Source: Glycera tridactyla (Eukaryota). Taken from it: a DNA stretch of 64,000 nt. The translations under genes were made by a program, and so were the position numbers. Every line of letters starts with the position of its first letter. Positions within the stretch are counted from its first letter, which is position 1. The notes under the pieces were generated by a model, which was given only the letters and a program-made list of their open reading frames with translations, did no database searches and was not told the origin of the DNA. The DNA is taken from positions 69,750,001-69,814,000 of the forward strand of contig OZ286464.1 in the NCBI GenBank assembly GCA_965644265.1, written 5' to 3'. Shown piece by piece: positions 47,828 to 57,932 of the stretch.

Positions 47828-50528
47828 TATTTTGTGTGTAATTCTTGTTGACAACTTGGTAATTAGGCCGATTGGGTCACTTTTCAAATTCTGCAATCAG
47901 TGTTAGTTTGCATATTACAGATGCAGGGTCAGATGAGCTTCGGTGTCATTGACACTCTGGTTTAAACTTCTACAGTAATTGAAATTTGGCATATCCTCAC
48001 CGAATAATGAGCTAATGAGACAGACTAAAATTTACAAGAAACGGTGAAGATACATTTGCTAAGTGCTCAGTGGGACCTGAAAACTGGGATACTTTTGATC
48101 AATTCAGATATACCTGTAACCAGGAATCACCTGTCCTGAAGGACCAAATTTTAGGAAATTCAAGGTAGTAGCTCATGGCAGGTTCTACTGTATTGTGTAT
48201 AATTTGCTATGTTTATTGACACCTCCCTGGTGGCTGTCTCCCATTTCATGTTTAGTGGAAGATGAATGTAAGCAATAGTCAACAGTCGTCTCAGCTATTC
48301 CAGAAATTCCCCGAGCAGCAGCGATGTCGATGTTGTCATAATTTGTCAACTGGGAGTGAGTGATGGCCTTTTTAGTGATGTAGGGCCTCTCCCGAGGTCG
48401 GAGGGTATTCACCCCCCTGTGGGGTGCCATCATGACCCGTGCCCCCCCCCCTCCCAGCTGGCCGAGTGGGCTTCCACAGCTGGTAGATTAGAGTCCGAGG
48501 GGCATTCATCGGTGCTGATTTGCTAATCTCCGCAACCGGCCTCTCGCCGAGCTGTTCCGCCCACCGCTACCACCCATCTGATGTATTCCCGATCAGGTTA
48601 TACCACCCCATGACCTCTCCCCCTTATCTCCTACATGCTCATAAATATATTGTCGGGGCTGCTATTGCCGGCTTGTCAGTGGAACGATAAAAACGCCACC
48701 ATGGTAGCCGAATTGGAAATTCTAGATCGAATGTTGCAGAGGGCTTAATGTGGCTCGTTGGCAGAGGGAAGTAACCCTAACTGGGGAGTTGGATGGGGTT
48801 ATCAGTTCGCCCTTGGCAGAGGGTAATTATTCAAGCAGACCACCCTGCCAGTGCAGCCGGGAGGTGTTGCATGGTTTTAATAAACACCTACACTAAACAG
48901 AACACATTTCATTCCTCTCTGCTCTGTGATTTGATCAAATCCAGTCCCGTGATTTTTCGGAATCCAGTGATGTCAGAAACCAGTGGTGACTTTGTATCCT
49001 ATGGCAATTTTTTCGAAGTATGATCATGAAATTAATAATAATAATAATAATTTCCCTCACAGGGGTTGTCTTATGTCGCCATCTTTTTCTCATTAAAATA
49101 TAATGGGAAACATTCTCTGTGACACAGAGCCCAGGTAGTACCTGTCTATCAAAAGCTGTCTGTCATATTCGATCCCAGATCTTTTGGCTCCTGGCGTGTG
49201 CTGGGGGAAAATATCCTGCTGGGAAAATTACTCATGCCTAATTCATGCCTGGTGTTTTTCTCCACGTGACACCATTTGGATGTCAATATCATGCTGACAT
49301 GATGCGTGGTGGCCGCATCGTTTCCTCAGCGTGTCATGCCACTTTCATTTCTCATGGATTTCCATGTACATTTCTTACTATGAGTGCAGTGAAATATTTG
49401 ACAGAATTGCTGTCAGGTGGTCTGAAATAGGGAACAGGTGGGTCCAGAGAAGCCTGTGAGTTGGCAGAGATTAGGATGATTCTAGCAGCGAGGTGGCCTC
49501 TGTACACAAGTCTGTTCTCCCATTAATTTTGTTCTCATTCTAAAAATGATGCATTTCGGAACAAAATTCATGGATCATTACAGCATCTTCATTTTCACCA
49601 GAATTACTGGCTGACATCAAATCATTTCCACATTAGACTTTACCCTCAGGCTTGTTTATTGAAAGAGCTTATAATATATTGATGTATGAATGACAGAAAC
49701 TTCAAAACACCGAGGTGGATATTTACTCCATGGATATGATTAATTAGCTCAATTAATGCAAGACAAATGATGTGGAAACTTGTTTATAATCTGCTTGTTG
49801 ATGTTTATGTTATCTTGTCAGCCAGGTGATGATGGGGACATCAAAACCCCCTGCTGGTGGAACGAGATGACACAAACTCCTGCGGCTTGAACCCCCCCCC
49901 CCCCACCTTCTCAAAATATTGACCTATTGATGAAGGTACATCTTACTCAGATAATTTTCTGGCCTTTTAAAAAATGATTCCATCAGTTTTAGTTTGTGTG
50001 AAGGAAGAGCAGTGACTTGTGTTGATATCAGGGGCCGGTCGGGCAGGGTTTTCTCCCTGATCTGGTCCTTTGGGATTTGGAGTCAAAGAGGTGTCTCATT
50101 TCAACCCCCTCTTCCTCCCTTACCTCCTTTCTCCCTGCCACTTGTGGATCAAATAGAACAATTACGTAATCATTCTTGTGAACTGTCACTGTGACATTCT
50201 GGCGCGAATCAACATTTGGGCATGAATTTGTGACTCAACAATGGAGAATCACTACTGGAGAAAAAAAAAGGAGAATATGGCCTGAATCATCTTCCTTAAC
50301 TTTTCATCAGTTTCTCAAGAGAATTTTTGGAACAAAATCTCACATGAATTGGACATGAATAGATAAGAATCTGGAGGTTGGATAATGATTGGAGGGACTC
50401 CTTGACAGTCTGGTTAGCTTATAGGTCACAGCTGAAAGAACAGACCCTGAGTCTGACTTTATGATTAATACTGGACACTATATATGAACTAAGCTGTTTG
50501 TCGCCTATTTTATTACAAAATAAAAGAT

Positions 50529-50567
50529 ATTGTCATTGTCATTGTCATTGTCATTGTCATTGTCATT
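50529..50567 (+). repeat. (ATTGTC)6 hexamer microsatellite
   Basis: Direct reading. Confidence 0.95.
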
Positions 50568-51445
50568 ATATAACTTCTCTCTCTGATGTTATGATAATAA
50601 ATAGCATCTGCTCACTTGCTGGGATTTCAGTCTCAGAGCTGATCTGTTCACCAGGTCCCTTGCTGTCCCATAGCCCCTGATCTCTCTGGATATGGCTAGA
50701 TTTCTACAGATATGGCTAGATTTCCATGGATACAGGCAAGCTGGATGGATTAGTCATAGCCATTTTGTTAGCCACTGATATCCTAGGTCCTCATGTTGCC
50801 CTCGGTTACATGTGTGTGTGTAATTGTTAGATGAACAGTCCAGAGATGGACGGGTCCCCTGTGGCTGAAATCTAGCTGTGCTGTTATGCAAGTAACCCAC
50901 TGGCTATGATGAAATTAAAATTTACAGACCGAGTCAGGTTTCGGCCACCCGTCCATGTCAATTACATGTCCATTTCACATTGTGGATTCAGTTACCGGGT
51001 TGTCATGGTAACACCCGTGACCTCGGTAGATTGTTACAGTTGTGGTAGACCAGTGGACAAAGGCTGTTGCCATCACTTGAAGCCCCATAATCACATCAAC
51101 CCACTCTGTGGGTTATTAACAAGTTTTTCAGGGTTCAAACAGAGTAATCACAGAACTATAGTTCATTCCTAGTATCCATGTTGAATTTTGATCATTGCTT
51201 CACATGTTGTTTCTATTGAAATTTGGTGATCATGCAGTGGTGCCGATTTTCCCAAAATTTTCGCAATCCCGAAAAATTGGTTCAAAAATTAGAGTTGAGA
51301 AATTGCCTGAAATCTCACCGGAAGTTTGAGAATAGATACTTTTAAGAATGTGTGGGGGTCCTTTCAGTGAATTCATTCACATTTCCGAATATTATATGTC
51401 ATCCTATTGACATCAGTGATTATATGTCTGGCAGATGGGAATCGG

Positions 51446-51471
51446 ATGAATGAATGAATGAATGAATGAAT
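51446..51471 (+). repeat. (ATGA)n microsatellite
   Basis: Direct reading. Confidence 0.92.
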
Positions 51472-51962
51472 CTGTTAAGCCAGTGTAGTTGTATTTGCAG
51501 CATGTGTGCACACAGAGTGAGTGTGTTTGACTTGTAGTGCAGCGGTCTGTTGGTATGGCAACCAAGTGTTGCCGCCAGCAACCGTAGCCTGCCATAGAGA
51601 AGATGGAGGAAGTGGCGGGTGAGAGAGAGGGAAGCAGTTCCCCGAGACATGATCATAATCGTATGAATCTTGTTCGTGGCATGATATGCAAGCATCGCAG
51701 AGCCCCTTTAAGATGCTCCCAACTATCCTCTTCTCCCCATCATTTTCAATAGAGTATGGGGCCCTTTTTCGAAGCAGTAGGGGGCCAAAATGCCCTCTGA
51801 ATCAATGGAAGGCTGCCTCTACAGCAAACTGACTTGAGCCATTTCATACAATTTTGTTACAAAATGCCTTATTTTCTCAAACTTTTGTGGACAAATGCCC
51901 TAAATTCCTGGATATCCTGGAGGCAACTTTGGTTTAATAAAAAATGATTGAAATCATTTATA

Positions 51963-52027
51963 CAGTCAAACCTGTTTATAGAGGCATAAAAAAGTGTCTT
52001 TATAGGCCTCTCAAGCAGTTTCAAATG
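51963..52027. mobile_element. 65-bp minimal MITE derivative
   Basis: TA-CAGTCAAACCTGTTTATAGAGG ... CCTCTCAAGCAGTTTCAAATG-TA. Confidence 0.65.
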
Positions 52028-54078
52028 TATGAGTACTTCACTAGTTTACTCTTGTATTCCTCATCTCATAAAGACATGATGTTCAAAGATGGTTTAGGAA
52101 TAAGAATAAAAGAGATGGATCAATGGCAGTGAACAATGATGGATGGTGGAGGCTGAATGTTTTTGCAGAGTGCCATCTGTTGATGAAGCTAAGTAATTCA
52201 TGAGCAATACACTAAATGGATTACCTATCATTCTATTCATAATGGCATAATCTGAAAGTAAGCCTCCTTCAGTGTCTTCGGATAGCGCAGTTGGGAGGCA
52301 AACGTCAAATCTTGCGCACAAATCCTAACCGATGATAATCGTCCTCTTCAGAACTCGTTGTCGTAGGTGCTTCGCTCGCTCCTCGCATAATGCGTACGAT
52401 GGAGAATAAATATGCAATCATCGCAATTCATGCCAAGGCACTCGAGACAACAGCTCTGTCGAGTGTTGTCCTCGGGTAATATCTCCTCGTTAGATCTGTC
52501 AGAAGTGACATCATGTTCAACATGGTATTTCCGCGATCGCTTTATATTCCAAATATCGCGATCAGCACAAAATATGCAGGCAACATGGATTTTCTTCCTG
52601 AATGATAGTTGTCTGCCTGCAATCTATAATAATGATTGTGTTAAAATTTGGCATTCACGCCGTCATTTCATACCATAGTCATCATAAGAAAGTGCTGTCA
52701 TGGACGTTGCACTTCTGAGGATGCCCATTTCGTCGTTGCTCATTTGGCGGATGTCACCCACCTCTGCCCGTGAGCATATTGGGTGGCCATGTTGCCTGCC
52801 TTGCCCGCCTTCGGGAGAAAACAACAAATGTGTAATTTGTGCCGTAATTCAATAAACACCTCATCTATCAGTCTTTGTCGGTGCCTTGCCGATTGCGCTG
52901 CCATTCGTCTCACTTTGTCATATCTAATCTTTTCTCGTTTCTCATAGCGCGCTCGTAATTGTTTGATAAACCGGCGGCCGAGTGGCATGAAATCAATGCC
53001 TCAGAATTGTCGCGGACTCAGTGCAGGGTTGTCTTCGGCGATGCCTCGAAATAATGCCACAAATATGGAGGTTGTTGCATATTAATTGCGTAGCGTCGAC
53101 GTCACATGACGTCTCCATCAGCAATTACCATTTGCCGCTCTTTAATACTTTCATTGTTATGATTGAGTGATCTCAAAGTGCCGCTCGCCTTTTTTCTCGG
53201 GAACCATTTTCACTCCAAAAGTATTTATCCTTCTCATTCAATATGATCTTACACCTTGTATCAATGGTTGTCTACTTTTCAAAATAGCATGAAAAAAAAA
53301 TGAAAAAAATCACCTTCTGCTTGGAGGAAGGCTGATGGCTTCTCGAGAACCGATTGCGGCTGTAAATTCCACTGTAGGCATATTCGTCAGTATTTGTCAT
53401 TATGAGCGCTTGTAAATGGGGGCTCATTATATGTGATTATGATGCAATTATGTAATTTATCATGTAAATAATGAATTCATGTTCATTAGCTTTGACATCA
53501 AACATGATTATCAAATAACATGGCTACATCCTGTTTGGTTAACAGACTTTGCGAAACACGATTCAAATTTGATTTTCAATTCTTCTGATTGGATCATGTC
53601 ACTTATTCTTTTTTTTTTTCTCAAATTTCTCCGAAAATTTTTCTTCTCTTCTAATGAATTTTTGGTTTGTAATTATGGTAGTTATATGCAAATGTGACTT
53701 ATCCTCTATTAACCTGATTCTGAAAGCATTTTGTGGAGTAGACGATAGATTCTTTTGATGATTATTTCATATTTCGGGCTTCTCTTGTTGTACGAAATAC
53801 AGGAAGAAAATGGAAAGTCTCAATGTATGCACATGCTAGTTGCTAGGTGCACGTGTCAGAAGAGATTTCTCGTGCTTTATTCATGATGAGCCGCGGCTGA
53901 CAATTTGGACAAACATTGCAGATGAGCTATGAGCCGTGTATTGCATCTCGCTGCTACTTGGCGGTGAGGGCCACAACTCTTAAAAGAGATTTATGCCATA
54001 AGTACAATGCGTGGAGCCACATGTCGGGCCTTGTTGATGGTTGCTGTGTATGATTTCTGACTGCCTCTCCCACAAGTT

Positions 54079-54084
54079 TGTGTG

Positions 54085-54139
<55 letters not shown>

Positions 54140-54149
54140 GTGTGCGTGC
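54079..54149 (+). repeat. (TG)n microsatellite, interrupted
   Basis: Direct reading. Confidence 0.95.
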
Positions 54150-55980
54150 ATTCATGCATGTGTACATACATGTACGTCGTTTGACTGTCATGAAATACTT
54201 TGAAATCATGATTCCTTATGAGACCAAGATGATGAATTAACTCGCGAATTTTGCCGTTTTCGAAATGTGAAACATGTCAGAATGTGAAATATCATACATG
54301 GGCATGCTTGATAAGATTTGAAATTTTCAAACAGATTTTTGGGGATGGGAGGGAGGTAAATGTGAAATTGAGCAAAGGGGTATCATCATCAGTCTGAGCG
54401 TCATATTATCTCTGCTCATATGATGTCTGGCAGCAGAGCTTTTCACACCTCCACCGACTTGACTAATTGCACGCTGAAAGCCATTGTTGTCTGAGAGATG
54501 TCCTAGATATCAGCAGCACTGCCAGATTCTGCCGGTTATCTAGAATACGCTAGCCCCAATCTGTGGCTTCCTTCATCTCAGAGTGCTCTGGTCACAGTCT
54601 GCTATGTCTCATACTCCTCCTCCTGATGTCTTCTCTTGATGATAGATGGCAGTGCTTGTCAATTTTGAGGAGACTGCCATCTACATTGATGTGCCTTCAT
54701 CTTGGGGTGGCATGGAAAGTGTTATCCTTCTGAAAGATTAGTTTGAGCAGAGTTTTCACTTTTCAAAGAGTTTGAACTGTTAGGAGGAAGTGAAATTCCA
54801 GCCGCCAATGAAATGCAAAGAAGAATTGGCTTTTGGTTGATCATGTGCCAGACTTTATTTGCATGGTTTTATTTTAATTCGGTACCACAAATGTACCTCT
54901 TCATATTCTTATTGAATCAGAAATCGGAGAGTTCAAATCGACCGATAAGAGTATTCAAGGATGTGTCAGAGTAGGCGAACATGAAAGAGTGGGCTACCAT
55001 CTCCATTCTTACACCAGATGGCAGTTCACGGCCACGGGAAGATGCAACTTGTAAATTTTAAAATCCGCAATATTAACAAACTCAGGAAAACCTGATAACA
55101 GTCGAGTGAGATTTCGGCATTATGGTTAGCTCCTGTATTGGATGGGCCAGGTGCCGCTTCCGGTGGACCTGACTTTGGGATAGGAGATGCGGAATGATTT
55201 GTGTTTCGGGAGCATGGAGCGAAATGTAGCAGGGCAACTGTAACGTATCCGTCAGTAACATGCGTTGCGCTCTCACGCATTATGTTGGATTTATGCAGCA
55301 CATCCATCACAAAGCATCGGGTAGAAGTGATTTAAAATATTTACATCACCATTTCTGGTTTCCATTCATCTCGGCGCTGGTGATGGCAGGGGAGAAATAA
55401 ACACCCTGGGTGGAGGGTATTTTTCCGTCGGAGACGGTACTGTTTTCGGACTGGGATTCCCACTCATTCTAGACGATGATATCGCCCATTTTGTGGAGCA
55501 GTTTGACAAGGTTAACCGTACACACTAAGTGAGCAGCCATTAGTGAACGGCTGCTATAGATTCATCAGAATCAAACCAAAACTGCATGAAAAATAAGCGA
55601 AATATGTGAGAAACAGTAGTTAGTGCGTGAAATACTGCTATATATGGATATTGTTGATGCATGTCTTCGTGAGAACATTAAGAAAGAAAAATACTTAACG
55701 AAAAGCGACACACGTCGGTGAAAGACAGCGCCATTGCTGGGGAAACCCCTCCGTGACGCTTATCTCCTTATCTCCTCTCCACTGTGATAAGGAGCCGCGC
55801 GCTCATTGCTCATGTCGTTAATGCAGATTTTGGTACATTTGATTGTGTATCCAACACCTATTCAGATATTGATTTCTTGAACAAGATGATAAGAACTTTC
55901 CCCCAGCTGAAGTTAGTAATGATTGAGGAAAGAACATGACCATTGATTCGAGTTGCATTCTCATGTCAAAACCATCACCT

Positions 55981-56400
55981 TGGTTGCCATGGCAACCATG
56001 GCAACCATGAATTTCATCTCATTGTTTCATATATGTCCCTGGCGCCATGTCTTGTGTATATTTACATGGATGATTTGTTCTTGAAAATGGAGAGGGACTT
56101 GACCATGATCTTTCAAAACATGTATGTTTTTGAGATAGATTTTTCTCATGATGATATCTGACATCATATACACGAAAATATGCATTTTTCCCTATTTTAT
56201 TTGACTTGGAAATCAAATCCTGACAGAAATAATGCGAAAAAAAACATACATCATTGATATTGCATGAATAATGTTCCTTTATGAAATGGAATCATCATAT
56301 AGGGAGTTGACATGAAGGAGACATGGCGCCAGGTCAAAATGAGTGATTTTTCATTGAAATTCAGGAAGCCTGGTTGCCATGGCAACCGTTGCCATGGTAT
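55981..56400. mobile_element. Fold-back / long imperfect inverted repeat with perfect X-box palindromes in both arms
   Basis: TGGTTGCCATGGCAACCA 55981-55998; GGTTGCCATGGCAACC 56372-56387; 15-bp perfect inverted pair CCTGGCGCCATGTCT (56038) and AGACATGGCGCCAGG (56319). True ends not defined. Confidence 0.6.
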
Positions 56401-56579
56401 TGGATATGATATATGTTTCACTTTGAACTCTTTCATTAGGACAATACATTGATACAAAATCATCTTTCCATTATGTTAAGTAATCTTGCCAAAAACTAAA
56501 TACATCTAATACTGAATTTTTACAACATAGCAAACTGCATTAAAGACATGAGTGGCGCCGTAGAGTGTTTATTCATTGG

Positions 56580-56767
56580 NNNNNNNNNNNNNNNNNNNNN
56601 NNNNNNNNNNNNNNNNNNNNNNNNNNNNNNNNNNNNNNNNNNNNNNNNNNNNNNNNNNNNNNNNNNNNNNNNNNNNNNNNNNNNNNNNNNNNNNNNNNNN
56701 NNNNNNNNNNNNNNNNNNNNNNNNNNNNNNNNNNNNNNNNNNNNNNNNNNNNNNNNNNNNNNNNNNN
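56580..56767. other. Assembly gap (N-run)
   Basis: 188 N. Confidence 0.99.
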
Positions 56768-56882
56768 TTTAAATTACCACCTCTCCGCTGTAAATCGACG
56801 ACCATTCTTCTTTTTGAAGAAATTTCTTGTTTGTTATCTGCCCACTTATACAATGATGATTTACATATGTATATATCCACCA

Positions 56883-56954
56883 GCTGCCCTGAGAAAGTGG
56901 TCTCTCCTTAGAGGTGGTCTCTTGTCAAGGTGTTCTCCATCGCAGGTTGCACTG
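56883..56954 (-). mobile_element. Truncated MITE subfamily A (one end only)
   Basis: GCTGCCCTGAGAAAGTGGTCTC ... GCAGGTTGCACTG+TA matches the right half of the 17592 and 47382 copies. Confidence 0.7.
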
Positions 56955-56967
56955 TATACAGTAAGTA

Positions 56968-57142
56968 CAGTGAAATCTGCGACAAGAGACCCCTGTATGA
57001 GAGACCAGCTCCGACCAGAGACCGCTTCTCTGAACATTATTCCTAGTTGACCTAGTCAAATATACTTCCAGTGAGAGAACACCTCTTTTGAAAGACCACT
57101 GTTGGGTAATCTTAGGTTGGTCTCTTGTTGCAGGTTTTTCTG
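56968..57142 (+). mobile_element. MITE subfamily A
   Basis: TA-CAGTGAAATCTGCGACAAGAGACC ... GGTCTCTTGTTGCAGGTTTTTCTG-TA; internal TTGAC-CTA-GTCAA. Confidence 0.82.
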
Positions 57143-57772
57143 TAATCGTATGCGAAATATATCCAATTTTAAGCCTGTTAAGATGTGCTCACTGAGGGGG
57201 AAAAGATGTTTAGAATGAACAAGATGTGTGCGGCTAATTGGGGCCAAGGATGCTCTTTATCTCATATCAGATGTGAAGGAACTTGATTTGATTGAAACTA
57301 CATGTGCTCGGATGAAATCTGATTTGAGGCAATCACATGCAGAAGAGTCTGGCAACCTTTGTGACGGGTGCTGAGGCCAGGGGTTTCCGGTTACGACATG
57401 AAATGGTTTCGCAAATTCTCCCCGATGATCAGTTTTCCATGCTGATATCATTAACATTCCATATTTGTCAGTTTCCAGCAGCGGTGATGTGTGTTTGTTT
57501 GACATTCTGAGACAAAGTGCGACTCTCTGTGTGTACAAAACTGATTGCGTTTCACCTACAGGACGTATTATTTGGGTAAAAATCTTTTGTGAATTAAATA
57601 GTGTGCGAAGGAAAAAATGGAGCACCACACAAGCAACTCCTGTCTTCTTGTGGATCATCTTTCAGTATAACATCGACCAGTTTTGTGACCAGTTTTGTGC
57701 TTGCATAGATCATTTAAGTTGCAAAGATGTTGGTGTCATGAGATAATTGTCCCCCATATCATGAGAATAACT

Positions 57773-57932
57773 ACAAAAGTTTCTAAAATCTGCACGGTGG
57801 GAAGACTTTGAGGAAATCAACCTGCCGTGCTTATATATATGTGTGTATGCAAAGCATTCATGATAATTTGTACCTGCCACCAGGGAGATCTACCTGCCCT
57901 GGGCAGGTGGGGAGCTATCTGTTCCCACCCTG
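57773..57932. mobile_element. Partial second copy of the ACCTGCCC element
   Basis: AAATCAACCTGCCGTGCTTATATAT ... ATCTACCTGCCCTGGGCAGGTGGGGAGCTATCT ... CCCTG aligns with 6420-6592. Confidence 0.7.

Larger units (their letters stand above)
45889..47960 (+). mobile_element. Non-autonomous Helentron-type element (HINE/DINE-1-like) with internal tandem repeats, nested MITEs and an assembly gap
   Basis: 5' subterminal AGCTCATCTG (45892-45901) with nearby inverted GATGAGCT (45912-45919); (CGTCCGT)n microsatellite; ~160-bp tandem units; 3' CAGATGAGCT (47930-47939) then hairpin GTGTC-ATT-GACAC (47943-47955); T-rich flanks. Could be two partial copies joined across the gap. Confidence 0.8.
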
